DNA of 64,000 bases from Patellaria atrata CBS 101060 (taxonomy: Eukaryota), in contig MU006094.1 in NCBI GenBank assembly GCA_010093705.1, positions 967,550 to 1,031,549 on the forward strand, read 5' to 3'. The first letter of the stretch is position 1, and each line of letters begins with the position of its first letter. Positions 1 through 14,455 of the stretch are shown in pieces. The notes beneath the pieces are model-generated. The model was not told the origin of the DNA and made no database searches. It worked only from the letters and a program-made list of their open reading frames with translations. Position numbers and translations under genes: made by a program.

Positions 1-116
1 ACTGCACGACCCAGCAATTGATCCAGCATTTCGGCCTGTGTTGGCGCTTCCACATCGCATATACTTAGATGATCATCGCATCGGCGTGACAAATGGGTGG
101 GTAGCGAAAATGACAT
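1..116 (-). CDS. possible 5' end of an unknown gene running off the window
   Basis: ATG at 116 opens a frame (MSFSLPTHLSRRCDDHLSICDVEAPTQAEMLDQLLGRA...) that stays open to base 1, divergent from ATG22. No recognisable motif. Confidence 0.2.
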   Translation of the reverse strand, partial: MSFSLPTHLSRRCDDHLSICDVEAPTQAEMLDQLLGRA

Positions 117-537
117 CTTTGATGAAGAGCACGACACTTATGAAGGTCATGTTGAAGCTGTTGTAGGTTTTAGAGCTCGGGTAGACCGAGGACTCTGGCG
201 AGGAGACGAGACGACGTTGATTTTTCGGCTCGTCCGGATTCCGTGCACTTCCACCCGTTTGGACTTCAACAACAACAATTATACAAAGATTTTGTAACAA
301 TACACCTATCACATGCCGTCATAATCATTCATCGTTTGAGAACGGCCCCCATTCATTGCAAATTTACTGAATACGTGAGACCTAGCATTTGGCTAGTTCT
401 GGGCAAACGAAGCGTGTGAACCCTGCCTAAAAATTCTCCTGAATGTTGCACGTCCAGTAACCGTATGAAACATAGCAACGTGTAGAATTAGATGGAATAG
501 TAGAGATCACAGGCCTCCTGCGTCATCTGGAGTCCGA

Positions 538-2466
538 ATGGTGCGAAGGAAACGCGAAAGGAGAGTTCCACGATACCAAGATGATGACACTAGGCCCACA
601 AGTAAGAAAGAATTGTGGGGTTGGTATTGCTCCGGGATAGCAGCTGAGGTATTCGCTGTCTGCGGTGTTGGTCTGTCTTTCTCAAGCCCAATTTCCCCAA
701 AGTCCTAAGGTATATGACTGATAAAAGCAGGTTCATTCCTACCTGTGACCCTAGAGCAACTGGCCCGGGACCGAGCAGTACTCAGAAATGGCAAGCGAAC
801 CCCGTGTACTACCGCTTCCCTCTCAGATTCAGACAGGAATACACACGTGGCGTTACTATTCAGGTCCATTCAGCCAAGGGAAGAAGACCAATGTGTAGTT
901 TATATCCTGGGCGTTAAAGTCAACACTGCTAGTTTTGCTTTGTACACCTTCTCCCTCGCCGTTTTAGTTCAAGCTCTTACTCTTGTGTCAATTAGTGCTC
1001 TTGCAGACCATGGTAAGATATACTTTACACCAAGAATGTCAATATAGCTAATGTATCAGGTAGGCCAAAACAGGAAGAGACTTCTACTTCTGTTCGGATT
1101 ATGTGGTGCTCTCGCGAATATGCTCTTCATATTAGTCTTTCCTCCCATTTATTTTGTCGGATCAATTCTTGCTATTATTGGTGTTACGTGTCTAGGATCG
1201 TCATTCGTATTGCTCAATTCCTTTCTTCCACTCCTTGTCTCAAACGACCCTGCTATACGGAGTAAAAGAGGGGACATGTTACATAATCAGTCTCGTATGT
1301 CTCATGACGACGAAGATGGCTACTTGATGGAGGATTATGGGGAGAATGCTCCCCAGTCTACTTCAGCTGAACGTCCAATTTCACCGGCTCTAGATGATAC
1401 TGTGTCTATAACATTGGAACAGTCTAATCTTTCGAATGCAATCTCGTCAAAAGGTGTTGGACTCGGTTACACTGCAGCTGTCATTGTCAACTGTGTCAGT
1501 ATCGCAATACTTGTTGCATTTTCAAAGCAGTTTCCAAACGCGTCACATACACTGCCAATGCGAGTCATATTATTGGTTGTAGGATTATGGTGGGCCGGAT
1601 TTAACATTCCTACTGCGCTCTGGCTACGACCACGGCCAGGACCACCCCTGATTTCTGATACAGCATCTCAATCAGGCAGATTGTTTATACTGCTGCGTTA
1701 CATTGCTTTCGCATGGCAAGCTCTTTGGAGAACCGTTCAATTAGCTTTTAAGCTCAAACAAGCTTTTCTGTTCCTGCTTGCTTGGTTTCTTCTTTCTGAT
1801 GCAGTTGCGACAATATCCGGTACAGCAATTCTCTTTGCTAAAACTGTGTTGCAACTCTCGCCTCCATTACTCGGGCTCTTGTCGATCACGACGATGGTCT
1901 TTGGTATATTTGGTGCTTTTATATGGCCGAAGATATCCCACTACTTCAAGTGGAAAACAACTCAGACACTCGTAGCATGTATAATACTTTTTGAAACAAT
2001 TCCGCTATATGGGCTACTTGGATTTTGGTCATTGTTCAAGAACTGGGGAGTTGGCGGTCTCCAACAACCGTGGGAGATCTTTCCGGTGGCCGCTATGTTT
2101 GGCTTTGTGAGTGGTGGGCTTTCATCACATTGCCGCTCACTTTTCGGAATGCTCGTTCCACCGGGAAAGGAGGCTGCTTTCTTTGCATTATATGCATTCA
2201 CAGACAAAGGGAGCAGTGTTATCGGCCCCTTCATCGTTGGCCGCATCGTGGACGGATCTGGAGATATTCGGCAGTCATTCTGGTTTCTTTCAGTACTCAT
2301 TATCCTTCCTGCGCCCATAATTTGGTATATCGATATTGATAAAGGCAAGAAAGATGCTTTAGCTATGGCGGGAGGAAACACAAAAGTCGCTGGAATATCT
2401 TTTACTCGAGCGGATATGGATCCCCAAGAAGAAGAGGAGGAACTTCTAGCGGGGTCAGCTCAATGA
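538..2466 (+). CDS. ATG22: autophagy-related vacuolar effluxer Atg22 (MFS)
   Basis: Exon 1 reads [35 protein letters not shown]. Introns at about 671-730 and 1012-1063 join it to [13 protein letters not shown] and the multi-TM ORF with [11 protein letters not shown] and [20 protein letters not shown]. Confidence 0.92.
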
Positions 2467-2543
2467 TCGACCTATGAGTTGCTTCCCCTATCTGATTTCT
2501 CACGGTTTCGTGAACGCCATTACCAACGGAAGTGTTGTACTTT

Positions 2544-3646
2544 CTATTTGGGACTCTCTGTTTCTTCTTCAGCTCCCGTAATCTTCGTCGGCTTTCCATA
2601 CTCGGCCACAATTTCCTTCACAACCGTCTCAACATCCAACTCTTCGATACCCAAAAGCGCATTATCTGCGTCATCCCTCTCAACAACTACGCTTTTCCTT
2701 AGTCCCTCGCCAAATCCGCCACCCCACCCGAAGATTTGCGCTACCACAAGATCCAAGTTGTAGCTTTTCTCGCCTCGTTCCTTCTTTGCCCGACCTTGCT
2801 CAAGCAGATCCCGAGTATTAACATTTTCAACCATCCACTTCTGTCCTGTTACAGCCTCAAAAGCCGTGAGGATCTCGGATTGCGTCGTCTCGACGGACCG
2901 GACAAGGAAGTGCTTGTTGGTTTTCCCCAGAGGCAACTTCAAGATACCAGCGATCGCCTGACCGGTATGCGCCATTGTGACGCCAGTAATGGGAGTGTCC
3001 CCGCCATCATAAATAATAGCTTTTTGGGTAGGCAAACTAAACCCGAATACCGGAAAGCGCTTGATCGACTTTCACGTTCGATTCCGTTAGCCTAGTCTCA
3101 AAATCCTTAAGGGGCTACAGCTTACCCAATCGAAAAAGTTCCCAACTACCAACCCTGCCCACTCCATCCCCTTCTCATCCTGCAACTCTTGCGCCCTTTT
3201 GGCGATCCTCGTTTTCATCTCTCTCGGCCCCTGAAAGTCTTCCAACCCCACAAAATCCGGCCTGTTCGCAAATTCACTCAGCACGAACCGCTTGATCCCC
3301 ACGGCAGCTGCCACTTCCAGCATAAGGATCTGATCGTTGTTGCCGGTAGCACTGATGGAGCACACTACGGCGTCTTGGTTGGTAAAGGCAGCCTGAAGCC
3401 CCTCGTTGTCATTGTAGGCGGCGCGAAGGATAGGGAGATTGCTGTAAGGGGGTTCATTTGGGAGTGTGCTGGTGGGACGAGTGAGGAGTGTCACGGTGAA
3501 TCCAGCGGAGAGCAGGGAGGGGAGGATATTCCGACCTACTTCGCCGGCAGACTGGTGGTGTTAATTTCGGGCGAAACTCTGGTAAGAGGGTAAGATAGGG
3601 GGGTATTTACACCGATGAGAACTACGTTCTGGATATGAGTGCTCAT
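2544..3646 (-). CDS. NmrA/isoflavone reductase-like NAD(P)-binding oxidoreductase
   Basis: Spliced N-terminus MSTHIQNVVLIG|SAGEVGRNIL (Rossmann motif), then QDAVVCSI, GIKRFVLSEF and VVGNFFDW. A second intron near 3060-3125 leads to the IYDGGD C-terminal exon. Confidence 0.85.
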
Positions 3647-4607
3647 GTTGAAATTTGTCCTTAATGCTTATGGTGGATGTTTGGTAATAATATGATTATG
3701 ACTTAGAAACTTAGAACGGAAATGAGTATTTTCTTGGTTTTCAGAGAATAATTGGTTTTCTCTACTGGTATTTCAACAAATAAAGAATACACCATGTCTA
3801 TATTTATGTTCCTCCTTCCTGCCTCTAAAACCTCTCGGATGTCGCAGGATGATGACTCAAAGTTTAGCTCCGTACTGCATTCATCCCGAATCGTACGAGA
3901 ATCCTCCACCATCAACAGATATAGCGCAAGTTATACGGGGGCAGAGTGACCTCGCACAAATGACCATTTCTGTTTTCAGCGTGAGAGTGCCTGCTTGAAG
4001 CCTAAGCTACTGTACTTTTATTGTCCCTGACCCTATCCCTACTGTAGAGAGGGCCTAAAATGGGGTTTAGTTCTAACTTAGTTTCCAGACCCTAGTACCG
4101 GCAATACTTTCCCTTTACTCAAAACCAGCAATGCTTTTCTAGATAATTGAATCTTATATTTCTGGCGGGACCTAACGGTGCTGAGGCGATGAAGGGCTCA
4201 GTAACATACTGTAATTACATTTAATACTTCAATTTCAACTCGATTATTCGTAGGGTCCCATTTCCACGCAATCTGCTCAATGTGCGCTGCCCGTGTCTCG
4301 ATGAACACACATTTGAAGGCAGTCCTTATTGCGACCATATGTAAGCCCACCAGAGAACTCTGCTGAGATGCTCTAAGTTTGATTCTCATCATCGTATTGC
4401 ATATGAAAGCCGTTCGCAAGAAATCAGGTGAGGTTACTCAAATCAGCCCTCCGCCCTTGCCAACATCCGATAAGTCTACCACTTTCGCAAAGGTCGTCCA
4501 TTTCAGCGGAACTGACAGCACTGACACCGACGCCATCCCCATGGCCATATCCTACCTTTGACCATTTTTTGCGTGTGTTCTTTTCCAGTTGACCTGTTTC
4601 TCCTCCG

Positions 4608-5792
4608 ATGCATCTCAACCGCCTTGGACTTCGTACAACATTCAATCGACTTACCTACCGTGCTAGCATCACGATGGCATCCAGCATAGTGGGCAAATCC
4701 GGTCGCGTGTACGTTCAAGACAAGGTGCTTCAGCATCATCGCCAGGACCATAAGCTCAGCGTCTTCATGGCTGTGTAGGTTTCAAACTACATATCGTTTT
4801 CACAGTGTAGCCATATCTCTGACCCATCTCGCTCAGGTCGGGAACTAAATCATTTGTCTTTAAGCGCGTACCTTGGCCGTCCTATGACCTGTCCCTAAGC
4901 CTCGTAGCCGAGTTTTTCCATCGGCTCCGAATGCATATCGGTTGCTATGAAAAGGAGGGTGGTCTAGTCTATTCCTATCTCAGAGACACCCTACTTGCCA
5001 TTATGCAGGAAGATCCGGACTTTCCTCTAACGGAACGAAAGAAGATCTTGCGACGTACAAGAGAGGCAATACAAGAACTTCATGGCAAAGATTGGATCCA
5101 CATCGGTACTCTCCACGATCCAGAAAGCATGGTCAATACATACCTCTAACTAACTAACTCATCTTGGTAGATGTGAAGCCTGATAATATTTTTGTCAATT
5201 GGACTTGCGATGAAGAGAGTAACAAAACGGTCAGCGATGCGGCCCTGGGCGATTTTGATATCGTTTTCAAGTCGGAAGGTGGTGAAGCACGTTAGACCCC
5301 TTATGCGATAGGGAATGCCATGTGACGAAGCCCAGAAGGATAGACCGGAAGAGGTGTGACAAAGGCCTCAGGCATATTCTCTTTCGGCCTAGTGGTAAGC
5401 AAACCACGTTCAAGTTCAAGCATTCATGCTAAGCTCTGTTTACAGTGCATATATGCTCTGGGGGGTGGGGAGTTGCTGCTTTTGAACGGATACAAGGAAT
5501 TAGCAAAGCATGGTATAAAGTCGGAACAAGAGACCCTAACTCGACACTTTTCCTATTTTGGGCCGGTTCTGGAAGGCTCCTCAAGCATGTCAACGATGAG
5601 AATTGTCGTCATGCTCTGAAGGGAGCGTCTGGAATGGCTGAGGATTCAGTCAGGGAACAACCCCTTCGGAGATTCGAGCGGTGGGGTGAGGACCTTGTGC
5701 CCGAGGCTCAGAACATGATATCTAGAATGACAAACCTAGACCCAGCCGGTAAAATAACGATAGACCAAGTCTTGACTCATCGTTGGTGGTAG
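4608..5792 (+). pseudogene. fungal Ser/Thr protein kinase pseudogene
   Basis: Spliced frame gives FVFKRV, HI|DVKPDNIF, LGDFD, GNAM*RSPEG*TG and IFSFGLV. In-frame stops at 5293-5295 (TAG), 5323-5325 (TGA) and 5341-5343 (TAG), plus a frameshift near 5576. Confidence 0.85.
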
Positions 5793-6312
5793 GACGCTAC
5801 TTGAATAGCTAATGGAGGTGGCTGCAAGCGTAGATTAAAAAAGTTGCCTGTACGGTGCCTGTAGATGAGATGTTGCCTTAAATGTCCCCTCGCCCACCCT
5901 AACCAAAAAGGGTAAGCAGTATAACGGTTAAGTCCACGACATGGGAAGTGGTTGACATGTGCTAGAGTTGTACTTGTAAAATATTCCTTCCTTGAGCGTA
6001 CTATTCGACGTTTATTCGCGGTTGTACCAAGATTCGCGGTGTAATTATGTTTCAATCGAACCAGATCATAAAACTACTTGCACGCTACAAAGGTAGAAAT
6101 AAAGTTCTATTGTATTCGACTAACTTTTAAACATCTCCCGACTAATACACCGCCTAAAGATAAACACCAGACCTCAAGCAGACCATCGTTCATATGAAAA
6201 TCCAAGGAAAATATAAAACAAATGTGCCCGTACAAATATGAAACTGCCATCTCAAACAGATACCGTCGTAGAACTACTCCTCAAACCAGAAGTCCCTCAT
6301 CCCCAATATCAT

Positions 6313-7831
6313 TCACAGAACAACCGGAAAAACACGTCGTAGAACACGATCCCGAAAATCTCGAGGCGGGTGAGCCTTCTTTGTGAGCTTGTTGCTACTC
6401 TCGCGCTCAACTGTCTTGCTCTTATGCGACTTTCCTGCCATCTTCTCCTTGAGCTTGCAGATGAGACCGTGCTTCTTGTGGGCCTCCTCGTGATCCGGTA
6501 CAGCGGTGATATGTCCAGCTGTGGCAGTCGAACCATCAATTTGTGTTGTCGCTTTGTTCTCGAGTTGTTGGTGTTCGCGAAGTCGTTGTACATCGCTGTT
6601 TTCTGTAGCTTCCTTGGTCTTGACAGGCTCATGTTCCTTCCGATGCTCATCTCCTTCATGTTCAACCTCACTTACTCGAGCAAGCTTCCTGGATCCATGG
6701 ATGGAGGGTGCGAAATCTCTGATGATGATTCCTTCCTCAACTGGTCCATTTGCTTTAACTTCAGGGATAGTTGTTCCGCTTGCTATGTTGTTGTACAAGG
6801 CATGGAGGTCATGTGCAGAAGCATAGCGAGGAATCGTAGTATAAACAGTCGTCGCAGGTAAAGGAGTTGGCGGATCGATGTTCTTGTTAGCATGAGCCTG
6901 GAATAGAAGCCTTGTTGGAATCTTTTGGGTCATCGTCAATGGACGAGCGGGGTAGATAGGGCGCGGTATCTTAGACCGGAAAGGAGTTGGCGTCTTTGGT
7001 GATGCTGGAGGTGTCGGTAGAGTCATGGTCTGCGCTGCGTTTACTGGAGTAGAATCTGCTTCGGCGAGAAGGGCACTCAAAGACTTGGGCAGGTCCAGTG
7101 GAGGCAAGAGAGAAGGTTTGGACGGGGTGTCGATTATTGAGAGAGGCGAAGCTATCGATGGCGAAACTTTGCTCATAGGTGTTCCCTTAACGTTTCGTTG
7201 CTTCCGGATACTTGTGCCTGTACCAGCGGTGGAGGGACTGTGGATCGTGATGCTAGACTCAGCTGCGAGTTGCAACAGCTTGTTCTTGAGCGGTGTCATG
7301 ACGGGACTAGCCTTGAACGGTGTTCCAGATGGACTACTCTTTGACTATAATCCATCAGTAAAGGTCTGTAAGAAAGTATTTAAGTAAGGAATAACAAACC
7401 TCCTCCCTTCTAATCCTTTCGATCTCATCTCTATCGACACTGCTTGGAACCGTAATGTCGGTCCAACAGCTCCGGTCTCCGTCTCCCTCACCCGCCGCAC
7501 TGCTTAGCCAGGTCATCACTGTCTGGCCACTCGTGGCCCTAAATGCCGCACCAGGTACCGCAATACCAACCTTCAACATCATACCACCCGGTGGACCTAC
7601 CGTTTTAGACACCAAGTCTGCTATGCGAGCACTAGGAGGACCCGTCTCACAGAGCACTTCGAGCTCTTGACGACTAAGCATATTCATCTTTAGGAATTGA
7701 TGCCACACCCAGTAGAGATACTCCTCCCAGGTGAGATCTGAGTACTGGGGCCCGTATTCAAACGGGGACGGATGAGATCGAAGGGTAGTCTCAAAGGGAA
7801 GACGGATGACTGGGAAATCCGAGGGCCGCAT
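6313..7831 (-). CDS. hypothetical protein, Pro/Ser/Thr-rich with charged C-terminus (about 487 aa)
   Basis: ORFs 7355-7831 and 6313-7299 join in frame across a 55 nt intron at 7345-7399 (GTTTGT...TACTGAT...TAG). Confidence 0.7.
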
Positions 7832-8861
7832 TGTCGCTGCTGCTTTAATAGAGTGTCTATCTGCTTTAATAATGAAAGATTGATGATAATTAGAAGATGG
7901 AATAATGGTTTAGTTCAGTTTTTCAGCGCGTGAAAAGTTCTTTTGTTTATAGATTGTGTTGTAGAAATAGAATGCAGGAAGCAGGATGCTGGAGACAAAC
8001 TTATAGAAATTTATGCATAAAGGTTGGTGACCTTCGGAGGCATGCCGGCAAGGTGGTCGCCTGCCGACATTGTTAAATGAGGATGTAGTTAATTACTGTT
8101 ACTGTTTATTATCCCACGTGTGAGGGACGCTAATGTGTAACGCCGACGAAGAACGTCTCAAACGTAGGGCAAGAACGTTAAATCACGAAGCGTCAGCGCG
8201 ACTAAAACAAACGGAACCACCGTGTAAAACTTGGACTCTCTAAAAAGTAACTTGACACAGTAATGGCCTCCGAAGGTGTGGAAGAATCTAGGGAATGGCG
8301 AGAATGGTGTAATGAAAAAAGCTCCCCTCTTTAGAATTCAGAAAATACTTATATTCACTAAGATTTTTGTCAACGGAAGTTCTATCGTCATAGTCAACAC
8401 CTAAGAATGCCAGTGTGTTTTACGAAGTTGCAATTGGAAAGGAGAAAAAGGACAGAGTTTTGTTTGAGGACTAGAACACAGGAACGAAGTCTTTTGAGAC
8501 TGTTGGGGCTAAACACATGTACATAGTAACAAACTTGTACCTAAAGATTGAATTAGTTTAGATCCTCAAAACTACTACCGATATGTCAATACTGTCCGAT
8601 CAGGGCATGGAAAAAGGGATATGATCCTTGTGGATATCATAGATCCCCTGTGTTGAAAATTTGGATTTCCAGTTACTGTAGACTATACCGTAATGAGAAA
8701 AACTTGTCTACCATATCAAAGGGTTTTCTTAATATAGAAAATCATATCGGCGCCAGCTCCCGTAATAAAGGAACCCTTTAACAGTCGGAGATTGCGCCTA
8801 TCTATCGTGATCGCAGTAGCTATGAAAGATAGCTCGTCAAATTTAAATCCCAACTCCAAAA

Positions 8862-9479
<618 letters not shown>

Positions 9480-10084
9480 GACTGAGGGAAAGAGACGTCT
9501 GATAAGATGTAGACGCTATGTCAATATGGGATGTGGAAAGGCTGAGGAATTATCGTTCAAAAGAGATACGGAACAGTTGGAAGTGCAATCACAGCTGGGA
9601 GATGAGGGGCGGATAAAGAGCTATGATTCAGTATGACTCTACAATGTCAAAAGGGTGGAGAATATAATGAGGAGAAACAAAGAGGGTAAAAAAAAACAGT
9701 TGTAAGGCGACAGAATGACAAAGCTCAAGCATAGACTTCTCATGAGTGGTAACAGGGCTAGAATGTAGGCTTCCAGTGGCTGCGAGATGTCGTCTACTAA
9801 CCCCACCATCCTTGGCATTAGCGGAGCGGAGCTCGCTAGTTCTACTCGTATGAAGCTTGACCTAAGGTGAACTCCATGCTCCATCACGGTGTCGCATCTA
9901 CTAGCGGAGTACTACTCCTACTACTACCTTACTATTTCAGCCTCTTCTTTGTCCTAAACTGAACAGTGATTTCCACCATCGCTTCATGGCGCAAGGCCTC
10001 CTCCACTCATAGTGGTCTTGAACTCAACATGCACCCGGTGAATGACAACACTTAAGACGCGTTCCACCTGGGTGCGGAGGCAAT

Positions 10085-13000
10085 ATGAGGGATCGTGGAG
10101 ATGGGGAACGTGAAAGCAACAAAGAGATAACATCAGCTTTTCAAAGCCCGACGTTTGATAAAGATGTTTCTATACGTGTTAACGAGGCGATTGGCGCTGC
10201 GTCCATATCACCAAGCGGCAGAGATGTTGTTCTAGCTTCGTGGGTATCTCACTTTCAGGATTTCTTGAAATATTTGATCTAACTTTGAACGAATGTTAGA
10301 CGCGCAGGACTATATATCATTGATCTCGACTCGCCCTATTCCCCACCGAAATATCTCCCCCATAGATCGCAATGGGATGTTGCGGATGTCCAGTGGTCTC
10401 CTTTCGCTTCTCGAGACAGGTGGATAATAAGTACGTCAAATCAAAAGGCACTTGTGTGGAATTTGGAACTTTCGAATACCCGTGCTCCTATAGAGTTTGT
10501 ATTACATGGTCACTCTCGCGCCATCACAGATATAAACTTTTCCGCCCATCATCCTGATGTCCTGGCGACATGTGCTGTCGACAGCTTCGTTCATTGTTGG
10601 GATTTACGTATCCCTTTAAGACCTGCTATGACATTTGCAGATTGGTTTGCTGGTGCTACACAAGTTAAATGGAATAGACAAGACCCTAATATTATCGCGT
10701 CTTCCCATGACAAAGTTCTCCGTATTTGGGATTTCCGAAAGGGAGCGTATCCACTTAGATCAATTGAGGCACATTCGACGAAAATTTATGGTGTTGACTG
10801 GAACAGAACAAGATCTACCGGAATACTGACGTGCTCATTAGATAAAACTATCAAATTCTGGGACTACTCCAAACTTGAAGATGAACCGGAACGTGTGATT
10901 CGTACCCCATTCCCCGTATGGAGAGCGCGGCATACGCCATTCGGATGGGGTGCTCTTGCCATGCCGCAGCGTGGTAATTTCGACCTCCATCTATACGATA
11001 GAAGACTGGGTAAAGATATGAAGATCGACGCTCCCGTATCTCCGGTCCACTCATTTGCTGGGCATACAGATCACGTCAAGGAGTTTTTGTGGAGATCTCG
11101 CGGAGACATCAATATGGGAATGGATAATCGAGATTTCCAGCTAGTCTCCTGGAGTAACGACAGACAATTACACCTGCACCGGATTGATGCCAAGATTCTC
11201 GACAAGGTCGGCTTTGAGAAAGGAAAAGAAGTTCGCAAGAAACTAAATCTGACACGAATGGGAGCAAGATATAGGACATTCACCAAAGAAAGGGTCGATG
11301 GATATATATCTGTCTCTAGAGATATGTACCCAAAGCAGAGGAGTGAACTGAGCGCCATGCTCAGAGCAACCCCCGACCCAGGCATGCAGAGAGGTCTGCT
11401 CACAGCGAACCGTGAGCACAAGAATGTAGATCGTCTCAGAGACCCGACAGGAATGCAGGCTAGAAATCAGACCAAGAACACAGTTAATCATATCGCTTGG
11501 ATGGCAGGGGTAAAGATCGGCAAACGCGAGTCCGGTGCGCTTTCAAAATACGGAGCAAAACCTACTATCAAGTCTCCAGCACATCAATGGGTGTGGGACA
11601 CACCGGAGAGCCTCGGGGATGAAATTACTTTCGTAGGCAAGAAATTCAAAAGGGTCACATTTGAGGACGTAGATGTGCAGCAACGTACAGCAACCGTTTC
11701 AATGAATGGTCCTTGGGGTGGTGATGGAAGACCTGTCTTCGTGAGAATTACGCTTCAGTTTCCTCCAGATTATCCGAAGGACGCGGCCCCAGAATACAAA
11801 CTCGAAAAGACCACATCGGCCATATCTGATGAGACGATCGCCAAGATGCAGACTGAGATCTATTCAATCATAGAAATGTACAAAGTGAGGAAAAGGGGCT
11901 GCCTTGAAGCGATTGTGAGTTACTTAGTTGGGGAACGGGGGCTTGAAGAAAGTTACTCCTTGCTGTCTATTGAAGAAGGATTAGACGGAGAAATTGTTAT
12001 TCCGCCCGCAGATGAAAGTTCAAGCGATGAAGAAGACGCCGTTGGACCAGGCATTAACGGTGGTCAAACTCATGATTTGGAGATGAGTGGTACTGACCTC
12101 ATGGGCTCAGTCAGCGCTAATGCTAATGTACCGCTACCTAAACAATGCGGTGCTTTTTGGGCAGCAGATGGCCGTCTAGTCTGCTTCTTTCCACCGAAAC
12201 CACCTCCAAAGCCACTATTTGACCTAGAGACTTTACGAAATAATGACCGGATGCCGTCAAGTAGAAATATCTTTGAAGGACTTGCACGTCTTCATAATCC
12301 TTCGCCTGGAAGCAAAAGTAAAGATATATCTACTGTGGATGGTGATGACGACGGTATGGCGACATCAGACGGCTCCTGGACTTCATCTTCAAGTAGTTCT
12401 TCTGATACCAGCAGTGATGGCATCGGAGGTCTACCTGGACGCTTTCAACCACCAGCTGCCTGGCGTGGTGCAACTTTACGGTTCCAGCGGACTTCACAGC
12501 ATTCCAGTGCTGGTTATGTGAGCAGAACTGAAAGCGGAAATGTTAAATCTATTATATCTATCCACACACCTGCGGAGTTTCTACCTGTCAAAAAAGAATT
12601 GGCAGAAGAATACGAGCTGTTTGGTGATGGGCCGGCGGTTTGTATTCACAATGCTGACGTTGCCAAACGGTACGGGTACGATGATCTCGCTGGCATATGG
12701 CATCTTGTTAAACACATTCTTTGCAAAGATGTGCCGTTAGAGATTATGCCGCAAACTATACGAAAAGAACAGATCCTTGTCTTAGCCCGCCGCTCTCTCG
12801 TTCACATCAAGCGTAAAGATAGTGGACTTGATCTATCCTTTGATGAACCGGAATCTGTTTCTAAACCGAAACTTACTGGACGAATCAAATGGGGAACTCA
12901 TCCTTTTGCCGGTCGCTGGCTCATTCCCGCCCTTTTTGAATTCTTCGAAAATCGCGCCGATGTGCAAATGCTAACCATGTTAGCATGTGTTTTTGCTGAA

Positions 13001-14455
13001 CCCGCTGGTAACGAAAGTGTGGCCAAAGCTATGGTTCGCATGAAACAACCAGAGCTTCCATTATCAATGAAGGCGCCAGCGTTTTCACTAGACTACTTCC
13101 CATCAGAGGATGTAGCATGGAGTCTTTACCAACCAGAGAAGTCCGTTCCGCCATCTCCATTACCGAATCACCGCCGTCAAACATCTTCTCAACTCTGGGA
13201 TCTCAATAGACGTCTGGATACTTATGGCTCTGTTAATTCTTCTAATGGACCCTGGGGCGGTAGTGATACTGCTATAAGTGATCCGATCACCCCTTACTCT
13301 ACTGGACATACTCCTCCAGTGGCCCTGTCCCGATCTAGTACCTTCCGAACAAGCGCTAATCAGAGCTATTCCACTTCCCCGGAGAAGTTTCATAGCAGCA
13401 AACGGTCAAACTCTAATTTAACCTCTGCTTTTGCTTCACTATCTCGGCCTTTTTCAATCACGGCTTCCTCTTCTCCACCTACGCATGTAAAATCGCGTAC
13501 TAGCGAGGCAGACCTCTCAACTTCTGCACCCACTACAAGTATCACATGGGGTACCAATACATTCTACAGCTCAGGATCCAACACTAAACCTTCAGGACCA
13601 CGTCACATCAGTAGGAAAAGCATTCCGCATTCGCAACACGAAAACACTACATTCGAGCTCTCGGACATTGAAGACGATGAATATAGCGCTGATGAAGAAG
13701 ATATTTTACCGCCCATTACAAGCCCGGTTCCAGCCGATGAGATAAGTATCAAAGTAACCCTCAAGAATCAAAACCAGTTCGACGAGGAAGCCAGTCTAAG
13801 CTCTCCACTACTTGAACCAAACTTGGAGTGGAAATACCGGGCTTATCGCAACGCATATGCAGACCAGCTCACTGTCTGGGGCTTAAGTGTCAAACGCGCA
13901 GAAGTACTGAAATATAACGGACTCATCAGCTATTGGCCGGATCTGGATACACCGGCCACTGAGACCCCACCTCAGATAGAGATCGGGAAACGCGATGTAA
14001 CGGCGTCCTGGCTGAAACCAAACGGCGCCTCAATCCTAGCACCACATCTTCACCCTAATGTGATGATCGATCCGGATCCAGGTCATAGACACGCACGAAA
14101 TAAAGACAAGGCTAGTGGAGACTCAAATCCGACGGCACAATACGGTAGCCCCAGGGACAGCTTGCGGGCGAGGAGTCGATCACCGTCACCCAAACTTATG
14201 AGGAAGTCTTTAGAGGTACAGGGTAAGGACAATATCCAAGCAGTTGGTGGGAGAGAGGATGGAGAGGGTCAAGATTTGCTGGGACTAGTATCCAAAACTT
14301 CGAAGAAGAAGACGGCGACAAAGACAGAGAAAAAGTCCTGTACGGTGTGTTGGCTACCGATCGAAGGACTTTATGCCGTTTGTGCGACGTGCGGGAGGGA
14401 TGCGCACGTGAGCTGTCATGGCTGTGAGTGTGGGAGTGGATGGCATAAGGAGTGA
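10085..14455 (+). CDS. MTC5: SEACAT/GATOR2 subunit Mtc5/Sea3 (WDR59): WD40 + RWD + C-terminal Cys-rich region
   Basis: SISPSGRDVVLAS, intron at about 10240-10299, WD40 repeats (LHGHSRAITDINF, GATQVKWN), RWD-type FPPDYP, DVQMLTMLACVF and a C-terminal CxxC cluster. Confidence 0.92.
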
